IMG/VR virus record: IMGVR_UViG_3300027801_000142
Location: 1 to 25,838 of that record
Length of the DNA: 25,838 nucleotides
DNA from: a virus
Lineage: Duplodnaviria > Caudoviricetes
Reading direction: 5' to 3' (one strand)
Positions 17,983 through 25,838 of the stretch are shown piece by piece. Made by a program: the position numbers and the translations under genes. Position 1 is the stretch's first letter. Each line of letters begins with the position of its first letter. The notes beneath the pieces are model-generated. The model was given only the letters and a program-made list of their open reading frames with translations, did no database searches and was not told where the DNA came from.

Positions 17983-17987
17983 CCGTT

Positions 17988-18338
17988 TTATACTGCTTCG
18001 GCCCCTGAAATAGTGACTGATAGATTAGTCCCATTTGATAAAACTTGTATTGTATCTCCGGGGTCTGTTATCTGTAATCCTGACCAATGTAAATACTCTT
18101 GTTTAGCTATTGAATACTCATCAATAATAACATTACCAAAACTTGCAACGCCCCCTGCTTGAACAATATGAATACTAATAAGTCCAGCAGCACCTGCCGC
18201 TCCACTATGATTAGTCACCATAATGTCTTTTATATAAGCTCTTGTATTAACAGGAGTCTCATACACAATAGCCATCGTAGCAGTTACAGCTGCCCTAGCT
18301 AGTTTCTTACCTGTTAAGTTTTGAAATTCTCCAGCCAT
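17988..18338 (-). CDS. Small beta-rich structural protein (116 aa; start revised from 18353 to 18338)
   Basis: TAATG overlap with the upstream gene at 18336-18340. The VYETP....AYIKDIMVTN...GDTIQV...LSVTISGAE pattern is typical of small phage virion proteins. Confidence 0.7.
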   Translation of the reverse strand: MAGEFQNLTGKKLARAAVTATMAIVYETPVNTRAYIKDIMVTNHSGAAGAAGLISIHIVQAGGVASFGNVIIDEYSIAKQEYLHWSGLQITDPGDTIQVLSNGTNLSVTISGAEAV

Positions 18339-18520
18339 TATATTCCCATCCAATGCATAACATTGTTTGTGTGTAAGTTAGTTATTTCATCTAAATGAGC
18401 TTTATCTAATTGATTAAAGTATAACCTCATTTGATTCTGCATTTGATTCTGTTGATCTTCACTATACTCTATAGTTGGAAGCGTTAAGTTTGGAGCTTTA
18501 GGTTGTAGTATATGTGCCAT
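18338..18520 (-). CDS. Small virion protein following the tail hub (needle/plug-like position)
   Basis: APNL.LP..EY....QNQ....LRLYFNQLD-type motif (here MRLYFNQLD), with TAATG overlaps at both ends. Confidence 0.65.
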   Translation of the reverse strand: MAHILQPKAPNLTLPTIEYSEDQQNQMQNQMRLYFNQLDKAHLDEITNLHTNNVMHWMGI

Positions 18521-20715
18521 TATCCTCTCATTCCTGCTGGTTTAGCATCGACTCTAGAGTCACCTAGTTGCCATTGTGTGCCTACTGTATTTGAGGATAT
18601 TTTAAAACTCATTTGTCGACCCCTTGCTCTTATAAATACTTGATTAGTGTATTGATCTATAGTTCCTGTAGCTGTTGTTACCCCACGAGTTAGAGTAGCT
18701 CCTGCTACATCTGTTGTTTGTGTTTCTGCTCCTGGAAACTTAGTCACTGCAACTGCCATATCCACTGCAGGAACAAGTGTTGCTCCTGTAACAGGATTAG
18801 ATGTTTGAGAAGCAGTAAAATCTACATCAGGTATAACTCGTTTAGTTAGCATGTAAAACTCTCCATCGGCTATATCCATAAAAGAAGACTCAATAAAAGA
18901 ACTCATAGCTACCGGAGCTGCTCCTAATGGTTGACCGTCATTAGGCCCATTTTCATGAGAGTATATATAACCCCCAGAAGTAGCTAATGGATGTGTGCTA
19001 ATACCTGCATCTATCCAAGTAGTTCTATTAAGTTGACCGTAGTACCAAATATCATCACGATAGTTATAAACTACATATCGGTCAATAGAAGTAGAAGGTG
19101 TTGCTCCACCTGAACAATAGAACCATATTACTTCATTAAATTCTTTATTAGTGCCTCCATATATAAGGTTAGATTGTTCTCTATTAATATCTTCAAAAAT
19201 GTATCTTAGTAAAGGACATTTCAGTACATTAACTCGACCATCATATACAAAGAAACTATCTGTGCCCATCCAATACATATTATTGTTTACATTAGCATAA
19301 GCATTAGCGCCCATAATATTAGTATCAGAAGATAAAAGTTGTAGTCCAAACACTTCTGCGGTACCTAAAAATTGTAGTGTGCTTAATGAAGTATCAGTCC
19401 AAATGAGTGTTTCTTGTCTTACATTAGCTCCAGTAATAATTTTAGAGCCCTCTTTAACAAATAAGAATCCGGCAGAATTAGCTAGTTCAGGCTTCCATAC
19501 TTCAGGTTTAGGACCTATATCTGCATTTACATCAGCCCATCTAATTAACATTGGATCATATGTACCACCCGAATAAGATATTAATTGGTAAGCTCCCGCT
19601 GCTGTTACGCTACCTAAAGATGATAATAATGTATAAGTAAATGTGGTAGTTGAAGGAACAGAAGCTACTTGATAAGTACCTGAATATCCAGTTGGTGTTT
19701 GACCATAAAGATAAACCCAATCATTAACTGCTATACCATGAGCAGAGCCTGTAGTCACTGTAGCTGTTGTTCCAACACTTGTTATTCCTGAAATAGTAAC
19801 TCCAGCTGTAGAAGTCTCATTATAAGAAGTAGCGCCTAAAGCTAGTAAATGTCCACTAGGTGTAAATAATGTTTTTTCTGTCCCCGCTGGAACTGCAATA
19901 GCACCAGATAAAGAACTTAATGCTACTGCTCTATTACCAAAGCTTGGACTGTAAGTCCAATAATATATTATGCCACTTTGATTTAAATTAAAGATAAGGT
20001 CATTATTAAAGTTATCCATAAAAATTAATCGTAAGTTACCAATGACTGGCTCTACATCAGGTCCGGATGAATCCCATGTACTTCGACCCCATGTACCTGA
20101 ACTCCATCCATAACCACCTACCGTAATTTCAGTTCCAATGTTAATTTGAAAAGCAGCAACAATAGAAGTACCACCTCCAGTAGCAGCTGAAGTAGCTGTG
20201 CCTGTAGTTTGAATAGTAAACGTATTACCATCAATAACTGTCACTTCAAACTCTAAATTAAGTTGTGGTGCTGTTACTCCACCAACTGCTGTAGCTCCAG
20301 AAAAAGTAACAGAGTCTCCAGTCTCAGCTCCATGAGCTGCAATGGTTACTAAAACTTGTCCTTCAGTACCTGCAGTTGTATTAGTAGTAAAACAATTATC
20401 TGTGGAGGGAGTAGTTGAAGTAGTATAAGTTACACGAATAGGAGTAATATCATGTAGGGTTGTTCCTACTCGAATATAGATTTTTTTAGTAGTTCCTAGC
20501 CCTGCAATTTCTGCACCTGTATCTAAGGAATACACATACAGTTTGATCGCTTCTCCTGTATAAGGAGTAATAGTAGCTGCTTGCCAACCACCTAGTTTTT
20601 CAGGATACCCTTCTCTAAAACGTACTAAGTTTCCATCATACCACCCACCCATGTTTGCTAGGTTAGTGCGGTCTCGGTTAATACCGGGTTTAAATTTTAA
20701 CTTACTTAGTGGCAT
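18520..20715 (-). CDS. Tail hub/nozzle (P22 gp10/tail tubular B-like stabilisation protein)
   Basis: N-terminal FKPGINR...GGWYDGNLVRFREG.PEKLGGW, beta-propeller-like body (DPMLIRW.D, LIWTD.SL, YWMG..SFFVYDG.V..L.C, FNEVIWFY, DRYVVYNY...WY.G.L.RT.W.D), and C-terminal RARGRQ...WQLG..R.D..P.G.R. Confidence 0.75.
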   Translation of the reverse strand: MPLSKLKFKPGINRDRTNLANMGGWYDGNLVRFREGYPEKLGGWQAATITPYTGEAIKLYVYSLDTGAEIAGLGTTKKIYIRVGTTLHDITPIRVTYTTSTTPSTDNCFTTNTTAGTEGQVLVTIAAHGAETGDSVTFSGATAVGGVTAPQLNLEFEVTVIDGNTFTIQTTGTATSAATGGGTSIVAAFQINIGTEITVGGYGWSSGTWGRSTWDSSGPDVEPVIGNLRLIFMDNFNNDLIFNLNQSGIIYYWTYSPSFGNRAVALSSLSGAIAVPAGTEKTLFTPSGHLLALGATSYNETSTAGVTISGITSVGTTATVTTGSAHGIAVNDWVYLYGQTPTGYSGTYQVASVPSTTTFTYTLLSSLGSVTAAGAYQLISYSGGTYDPMLIRWADVNADIGPKPEVWKPELANSAGFLFVKEGSKIITGANVRQETLIWTDTSLSTLQFLGTAEVFGLQLLSSDTNIMGANAYANVNNNMYWMGTDSFFVYDGRVNVLKCPLLRYIFEDINREQSNLIYGGTNKEFNEVIWFYCSGGATPSTSIDRYVVYNYRDDIWYYGQLNRTTWIDAGISTHPLATSGGYIYSHENGPNDGQPLGAAPVAMSSFIESSFMDIADGEFYMLTKRVIPDVDFTASQTSNPVTGATLVPAVDMAVAVTKFPGAETQTTDVAGATLTRGVTTATGTIDQYTNQVFIRARGRQMSFKISSNTVGTQWQLGDSRVDAKPAGMRG

Positions 20716-20718
20716 ACT

Positions 20719-21171
20719 TTATCCTTTTGACATTAACAAAGAATGCTCTGCCAATCGTCTTCTAATTAGTCCTTTAAGTTTACGGCCACCAGCTCTGCAA
20801 TATTTTAAAAGCACTTCTCCAGCTCTTTTTTTATCACCACGCTTAAACGCTGAGCGAACTGTACTTCGTTGAAAGCATCCCAAACCAAGATTAAAGCTAA
20901 AGCTGACAAGAGCATCAAACTCAGATTGGGTTGGTTTAACTGGATGTAATAACCTAATAACTCCCAGTTCAAATCGTTCCAAGTCATGTTTAAGTAATGC
21001 ATCTATCTCAACAGCTGATAGTGTGCGATTCCACTTATGAGATAACATAGCATGCCGACTGATGAGATGGCCAACGCCAATAGTCCAATATCCGCCAGGA
21101 CACTTATAAGGCGATGCATGAACACCCTCGAAATGTTTTATTAATTTCGTTCCCTCGACTGATACTTTCAC
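20719..21171 (-). CDS. Endolysin, GH24 (T4/P22-type) lysozyme
   Basis: FEG....PYKCPGGYWTIGVGH (E-X8-C-X5-T), QSEFDALVSFSFNLG.G.F..ST and L.GL.RRR.AE motifs. GTG start. Confidence 0.93.
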   Translation of the reverse strand: MKVSVEGTKLIKHFEGVHASPYKCPGGYWTIGVGHLISRHAMLSHKWNRTLSAVEIDALLKHDLERFELGVIRLLHPVKPTQSEFDALVSFSFNLGLGCFQRSTVRSAFKRGDKKRAGEVLLKYCRAGGRKLKGLIRRRLAEHSLLMSKG

Positions 21172-21653
21172 TATTTATCCCAGTGTCTAGAGCCAAACCA
21201 AAATCCTATAATAGATGATATAATCGCCATCTCTTCTGTAGAAATAACTATATTCATTGCAGTTTCAAAATCTACTCCAGTATTTATAGCCCACCATAAA
21301 CCTGCTATGTCAGCAAATAAAAATATAGAAACAAAAATATAGGTGATAATGGGGCGAACACTAGCACGGAGATTAATAACCCAAGTAGAGGCATTTTGTG
21401 CATGCTTTTCATCATGTTTGTAGAGAGCAACTCTTTCTTCTGCATATGTTTCCATTTCAACTTGATCGGTTTTAAACTCTTCAATTTTTTCTTGAGATGC
21501 AAATCCTTTTTCGGCCATAGCCAGAGACCTCTCCATTTCAAGTTGAGCCATAGCTTGTTCATGAGCATTGTCACCCTTTTGTTCAAAAAACTTTAGTACA
21601 CTGGGTAATCCAGATGTAGCAAAGCCTAGTATTCCTGATAGTATTGATAACAC
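21171..21653 (-). CDS. Holin, GTA 3-TM-like family
   Basis: Hydrophobic N-terminus, W...LRASVRP.ITY transmembrane segment and C-terminal IIGFWFGSR motif. Directly upstream of the lysozyme. GTG start. Confidence 0.78.
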   Translation of the reverse strand: MLSILSGILGFATSGLPSVLKFFEQKGDNAHEQAMAQLEMERSLAMAEKGFASQEKIEEFKTDQVEMETYAEERVALYKHDEKHAQNASTWVINLRASVRPIITYIFVSIFLFADIAGLWWAINTGVDFETAMNIVISTEEMAIISSIIGFWFGSRHWDK

Positions 21654-21979
21654 TATTTTTCAACCCAATTTAAAGTATCTTCATCCCATGTATAATTACC
21701 TTCGTCTGGATAAGGTGTTGGTGCTTCCCATATCCATGATGTATTATTTAAAGTCCATGATGGATAAGGTTGAGGTGCATAAAACACATCATTAGTTTCA
21801 TCATAAGTATATCCAATACCAGCAAAGTTTCCTCTTAATGGCATATCTAATGGATGCTCATTTCCAAGAGTATTATAAGATGTTTGTACCCAAGTATCTG
21901 ATTGAGTATCTACCCAATCTTGTTCAGCACTATTTACTGTTACTACAGTTCCGTCTACTACTTTAGCATAATGACTCAT
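21653..21979 (-). CDS. Conserved Trp/Pro-rich small protein partnering Gly-rich fibre proteins (possible assembly chaperone)
   Basis: MSHYAKV...WVQTSYN...LRGNFAGIGYTYD...DVF..PQPYPSW.L....W.APTP.P...Y.WDE....W pattern. TAATG overlap with the Gly-rich gene. Confidence 0.75.
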   Translation of the reverse strand: MSHYAKVVDGTVVTVNSAEQDWVDTQSDTWVQTSYNTLGNEHPLDMPLRGNFAGIGYTYDETNDVFYAPQPYPSWTLNNTSWIWEAPTPYPDEGNYTWDEDTLNWVEK

Positions 21980-22878
21980 TATGATGTATAACTCCCATTA
22001 CCATTAAATGTTAAAATTGTATTAGAACCTGATGTTGTTACCCCAGGACTACCTGTTGTTGTTCCAGTATAATTGTCTGTAGGGAATGATAAGATTACTA
22101 CCCCTGAACCCCCAGCTGCACCAGGCGTATCCTTTCCAGGTGTTCCAGCACCACCACCTGTATTAACAGTTCCTGCTCCAGTACCAGCGCCAAGCCCGCC
22201 AGTACCACCGCCTCCTGTACCACCACTACCACTACCAGAGCCATCACCTGCTCCACCACCTCCTCCTCCTCTATATACTGAAGAACCTGTAATTGAAGAA
22301 GCTAATCCAACACCACCTGCTCCTGCTGTAGTTGCTCCTGAACCATTAACACCTACTGCACCTGCTCCACCACCACCAGAGCCTGCATAACTTCCAGATG
22401 ACCCACCAGCATTACCTTGACTAGCAGTTGCTGCTCCTCCATATGATGGACCATAACCCCCCCACCATCCAGCAGAACCACCACCAGAACCACCAGCAGC
22501 TCCATCAACAGCTGAAGCTGGACTTGTATCAGCCATACCGCCATTACCGCCACCTACTGCTGTTATAGTAGAAAGACCAGAACCCGATAATGTTGAGTTT
22601 ACACCATTTGTACCTCTTGTAGAGGTACTTGCACCAGCAGTACCCCCTGCTCCAACAGTAATACTTAATACTGTGCCAGGATTAACCTGTGAATATGTAC
22701 TTGTTAAATATCCCCCCGCACCAGCACCACCAGGACCTCCTGTTGCACCAGGTGAATGGGCAGTTGCGCCACCACCTGCGATTGTAAGATATTCTATATC
22801 ATAAGGAGGTAAGGGGGTTATAGCATTCATACCATAGCCTCTGGCAGAGTTTACGGCTGTTGTGGTTACTCTAGGCAA
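21979..22878 (-). CDS. Glycine-rich (polyglycine-type) virion/receptor-binding protein
   Basis: YL.IAGGG, ITVGAGG, AVGGG.GG, GGSGGG, SSITGSSVYRGGGGGG, NTGGG, GGSGVVIL and F..NGS.T motifs. TTG start overlapping the previous stop. Confidence 0.8.
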   Translation of the reverse strand: MPRVTTTAVNSARGYGMNAITPLPPYDIEYLTIAGGGATAHSPGATGGPGGAGAGGYLTSTYSQVNPGTVLSITVGAGGTAGASTSTRGTNGVNSTLSGSGLSTITAVGGGNGGMADTSPASAVDGAAGGSGGGSAGWWGGYGPSYGGAATASQGNAGGSSGSYAGSGGGGAGAVGVNGSGATTAGAGGVGLASSITGSSVYRGGGGGGAGDGSGSGSGGTGGGGTGGLGAGTGAGTVNTGGGAGTPGKDTPGAAGGSGVVILSFPTDNYTGTTTGSPGVTTSGSNTILTFNGNGSYTS

Positions 22879-24025
22879 ACTGTGTTAATGCGGCAAGTAT
22901 TGTAAATGCTGCATCTCCTGTTTTAATTATTGTGTATGTATATGAATCAATACTATTAATATTTCCTTCTGTAGGAGCTGCACCACCTTGCCATTCTGGT
23001 GTAATACTACTTCCATCAACTTGTACTGTTGTATTTCTATATTCAGCGCCTGTTAAGGTTACTAAATGAACTAATGTAATAGCTTCACCTGTAGATAATA
23101 CAGAATTTAATGTAGCACCACTTGATGCTCTAAAATTTATAGTCCAATCACCCACTGCGGCAGAAGTATAATAAACAACTGATTGTGTATTAGTATCATA
23201 ATTAATTGTTCCCGTTGCAGCAGTTGCCGATATTGTAATTAATTCAGTTGAATTAACAAATGGAGAATAGTTATTAAGTAGAGCAAAGTTGCTAAAGCCT
23301 GAACCTGAAACTGTGCTGGTTGCTGAAAGTGTTGTAAAAGCACCTGTACTCGCTGATGAGCTACCAATAGGGCCCGGTGTAGCAAAACGTGCTGTAACGC
23401 CTGCGCCTGAAACCGCTCCTGATGCTGCAAATGTTGTGAAGGCACCTGTACTTGGAGCTGTATTACCAATAGGACCTGGTGTAGCAAATCTTGCTGTAAC
23501 ACCTGCACCTGAAACCGTACTTGAAGCAGAGAGTGTTGTGAAAGCTCCAGTGCTAGGAGTAGTTGCTCCAATTGTAGCACCATCAATTACACCAGTATGA
23601 TAGTCAATAGCATAAGTAAGATTTGTACCATCTGTATATACAAATGTTGTGTTACCTGCAGGGATCAAAACTCCCGCATCTGATGCGCCAGCTCTTGCTG
23701 TAATAGCTGTATTAGAAGCATTATTAATAATATAATTTTTTACAAATGTATTGACACCGCCTGCGGCAGTAGTAGGAAGAGTTAAAGTACCTGTACTCCC
23801 ACCACTTCCTGTAAGATTAAGGCGTAAGTTACGAACTGGTTGAGTAGCATTAGAACTTGTATTTAAAGCAACTGGAGTATCGCCTGCAGTAACAGCTATA
23901 GTAGTAGTACCTACAATTGATTCTTCTAGAGAGGTTCCTAAATTAACATTGGTCGTTGCGCCCCACGTACCGTCTTGTTCTCCGGTTCCTATGAGTTCTA
24001 TACTTAAATTTGAATATGTTGACAT
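22871..24025 (-). CDS. Tail fibre-like protein
   Basis: N-terminal adaptor-like STYS.L.IELIGTGEQ.GTWG.TTN.NL, three central repeats, and C-terminal WQGG.AP..GN.NSID.Y.YTIIKT domain. SD AAGGA. Confidence 0.72.
   Translation of the reverse strand: MSTYSNLSIELIGTGEQDGTWGATTNVNLGTSLEESIVGTTTIAVTAGDTPVALNTSSNATQPVRNLRLNLTGSGGSTGTLTLPTTAAGGVNTFVKNYIINNASNTAITARAGASDAGVLIPAGNTTFVYTDGTNLTYAIDYHTGVIDGATIGATTPSTGAFTTLSASSTVSGAGVTARFATPGPIGNTAPSTGAFTTFAASGAVSGAGVTARFATPGPIGSSSASTGAFTTLSATSTVSGSGFSNFALLNNYSPFVNSTELITISATAATGTINYDTNTQSVVYYTSAAVGDWTINFRASSGATLNSVLSTGEAITLVHLVTLTGAEYRNTTVQVDGSSITPEWQGGAAPTEGNINSIDSYTYTIIKTGDAAFTILAALTQFA
23290..23580 (-). repeat. Three ~34-aa tandem repeats in the fibre protein
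   Basis: IG...(P/A)STGAFTT(L/F).A...VSG.G occurs three times, and VTARFATPGP occurs twice. Confidence 0.85.
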
Positions 24026-24035
24026 AATTTATTCC

Positions 24036-24866
24036 TTATCCTGTTACTATCTCTGTCCAATTAGGGACTTGAGTAGTATCTATTATAACCCAATTAGGGT
24101 TGTTAATGGTAGGGGCAATCCCTTCTAATGTTAATGCGCCAGAGGCGGGTCTTCTTACTTCTCCTATTAATTCTGTTGGTGCGTATCCTTGTAAAGCTAA
24201 CGCTCCTGCACTGGGTCTTATAACGGCTCCTTCAGTTCTAACTGCTACAATCCCTGCTAGTGTTAATACTCCTACACCCGGAGTTATTACTGTACTACCA
24301 ACTACACTAGGTGCATGTCCTGTTAAGACTGCTGCTCCTACACCCGGAGTTTTAAACACATTATTTTGTTGTACAACCCCAGGAGCTATTCCTGCTAGTG
24401 TTATTGCTCCTGCGGGTGCTGCTGCTACTATTCCATCTATTAAGACCGGTACTGCTCCAGCTAGTGTTACTGTGCCTACACTAGGTGTTAGCCTTATGTC
24501 TTCTATTATGGTTGGTGCAAATCCTGCTAAAGCTAAAGCTCCTACACTAGGAGATATAATTGCACCTCTTACTAAACTTGGTGCAAGGCCTGCTAAAGCT
24601 AATGCTCCGATCCCTGGAGTTATTACTACTCCATCTAATATGATAGGAACAACTCCTGCTAAAGCTAAAGCGCCTACAGTTGGAGTTATTACTACTCCAT
24701 CTATTACAATAGGAGCTGTATCAACACCAATCCCCCATTTTCCTGAGCCCCAAGCTCCTCTTCCCCACCCGTCAGATAAACTTAATTCTCCTGATGGAGG
24801 TGTGACTATAACCCCAACCCCATATGACCCTGAGCCCCAAGCTCCTCGTCCCCAGCCGCTAGACAT
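24036..24866 (-). CDS. Repetitive virion structural protein (GW motifs plus ~25-aa repeats)
   Basis: GWGRGAWGSG twice (19-bp exact repeat at 24742-24760 and 24829-24847), about eight ITPxxGAL.L.G..P units, and C-terminal W..I.T.Q.PNWTEI. Confidence 0.75.
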   Translation of the reverse strand: MSSGWGRGAWGSGSYGVGVIVTPPSGELSLSDGWGRGAWGSGKWGIGVDTAPIVIDGVVITPTVGALALAGVVPIILDGVVITPGIGALALAGLAPSLVRGAIISPSVGALALAGFAPTIIEDIRLTPSVGTVTLAGAVPVLIDGIVAAAPAGAITLAGIAPGVVQQNNVFKTPGVGAAVLTGHAPSVVGSTVITPGVGVLTLAGIVAVRTEGAVIRPSAGALALQGYAPTELIGEVRRPASGALTLEGIAPTINNPNWVIIDTTQVPNWTEIVTG

Positions 24867-24876
24867 TTCTAGCCCC

Positions 24877-25353
24877 TTAAGTTAACGTAAATATGCCGGT
24901 TGCAGCAGGTAAAACAGTTAATGTATTAGGGCTAGATACTGTAAACTGTGCACTAGATAACTGACAGAAACATAAAAGTTTCCCAGCAGCTGCTCCAGTT
25001 GAGTTACGTAATACCGCATACCTAATGTTAGTTAATGACGCACCCGAAGCAGTAAATGCTACTCCAACTGCAGACATTGTAAATTTATATTGTTTAGCTG
25101 ATGCCCCTACTATCCATTGACCAGTTGCGGGTACTAAATTCTTACCCCCTGTAACATATCCACCTGTAGCTGAAATTTCGTTAGTTACCGAAGTTAAAGC
25201 ACCGCCGCCACCATAAGCTGATAATGTAAATGTAGATGCATTACTAGCACTCGTAAATAGCGCCATCTTAAAGACTCCTGCACCTAATGTAATAGTCCCG
25301 TTTCCTATATTTTGTTTGGCACTATTGTATAGTTGCCATGCTGTTGCTGCCAT
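24877..25353 (-). CDS. Small virion structural protein (158 aa; start revised from 25386 to 25353)
   Basis: SD AAGGAG (plus-strand CTCCTT, 25361-25366) before ATG GCA GCA ACA. The FKMALFTS...NEIS...GY..GG..L...FTASG...RYAV pattern is common in phage virion proteins. Confidence 0.75.
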   Translation of the reverse strand: MAATAWQLYNSAKQNIGNGTITLGAGVFKMALFTSASNASTFTLSAYGGGGALTSVTNEISATGGYVTGGKNLVPATGQWIVGASAKQYKFTMSAVGVAFTASGASLTNIRYAVLRNSTGAAAGKLLCFCQLSSAQFTVSSPNTLTVLPAATGIFTLT

Positions 25354-25354
25354 G

Positions 25355-25837
25355 TTAAATCTCCTTAATATCGGCGTATGACGCACCGGTTTCTAAAATA
25401 TGATGTAATAAACCCCCGTATATTTCTAGCTCAATTTCATCACCCATCATTCTAATAATATCAATAAACTCTTGAGCTTGTGATACCATCCAAGGGTTAC
25501 AGTTAAATATCTTACCGCCCACGTTTACGGGTACTACTAACTGTCCATCATTTTCATTCTGTTCATATGCGTGATGCTTATCTTCTTCTATACACGAATC
25601 ACATCCAAATAAATGAAATCGTTTAAATCCTAACATTCTAAATAACGGTATAGCCCTTAATAAAACTGTTGACCCCCCTGGTATTGGGTGCCATGTTTCA
25701 TATTGTTTAGCTAATATCTCATTAAGATCATCTGCCTGCGTATGCCATAAATATGTTCTATCTTTAGGTAATCCTTCAAAACATAGGGGATTACACTGTG
25801 AAGCTAAAAAATATTTGCAGTCGTCTACGACCGGTTT
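25355..25837 (-). CDS. DUF115/MptE-like/Maf-type glycosyltransferase-fold protein (5'-partial; longer than the 93-aa track ORF)
   Basis: The frame is open to the window edge: KPVVDDCKYFLASQCNPLCFEGLPKDRTYLWH...PIPGGSTVLLRAIPLFRMLGFKRFHLFGCDSC...HHAY. The ASQC.P..F and GGSTV...A..L...LGF...HLFG.D motifs are typical of this family. Confidence 0.72.
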   Translation of the reverse strand, partial: KPVVDDCKYFLASQCNPLCFEGLPKDRTYLWHTQADDLNEILAKQYETWHPIPGGSTVLLRAIPLFRMLGFKRFHLFGCDSCIEEDKHHAYEQNENDGQLVVPVNVGGKIFNCNPWMVSQAQEFIDIIRMMGDEIELEIYGGLLHHILETGASYADIKEI

Positions 25838-25838
25838 G

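Larger units (their letters stand above)
1..25838. mobile_element. Tailed bacteriophage genome segment (podovirus-like): replication arm plus virion/lysis arm
   Basis: Dense overlapping genes, SNF2 helicase, primase-helicase, GH24 lysozyme, holin, fibre proteins and P22-like ejection gene order. No host housekeeping genes, integrase or att site are visible, so free phage versus prophage cannot be decided. Confidence 0.93.

Noticed and set aside
20805-21586. Alternate-frame ORFs inside the lysozyme (65 aa) and holin (93 aa) as possible embedded spanins
   Set aside because: No N-terminal signal with a lipobox Cys and no convincing SD. Their hydrophobic stretches are explained by frame-shifted AT-rich codons.
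21979-24866. Diversity-generating retroelement target/template pair in the fibre genes
   Set aside because: No reverse transcriptase in the window and no ~100-bp repeat pair differing only at adenines. The repeats seen are ordinary intragenic ones.
24100-24885. 261-aa plus-strand ORF (also 22073-22390 and 23289-23600)
   Set aside because: These are antisense shadows of Gly/Ala/Thr/Val-rich repetitive genes whose codon usage avoids reverse-strand stops. They have no SD or coherent motifs.
1-25838. Stop-codon reassignment, tRNAs, introns or inteins
   Set aside because: Standard-code ORFs tile the window almost completely, with TAA, TAG and TGA all used as stops. The largest gap is about 70 bp and shows no tRNA-like structure, and no intein motifs were seen in the helicase or primase.

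Overview
This window is an AT-rich fragment of a tailed dsDNA phage (or prophage) genome, probably a podovirus-like phage of an aquatic proteobacterium. It has two tightly packed arms that converge with no intergenic gap at 6925/6926. The + arm (1-6925) is a replication module: three small ORFs, a SNF2-type helicase, a coiled-coil protein, a probable ssDNA-binding protein, an HTH protein, a fused primase/DUF927 helicase and a small basic protein. The - arm (25838->6926) is a virion module: a partial DUF115/Maf-like glycosyltransferase, small structural and fibre proteins, a Gly-rich protein with its partner, a holin-lysozyme pair, and then a P22-like run of tail hub, small proteins, a GNAT-like protein and ejection proteins. 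That run ends in a 2005-aa polyvalent protein (HExxH peptidase plus LPD38-like C-terminus). The most interesting signal is a ~45-aa N-terminal module shared by two otherwise unrelated putative ejection proteins that flank the GNAT-like gene. In one of them the module ends directly before GGGKGGGG, echoing the processed N-terminus of P22 gp7, and suggests a tag/cleave/acylate system for ejected proteins. Other notable signals are twin KKY(R/G)GQGR C-termini on adjacent small genes, a possible RNA switch over the primase start codon, and a Maf-like glycosyltransferase inside the virion operon. All family assignments are motif recognition by eye; no database searches were run.
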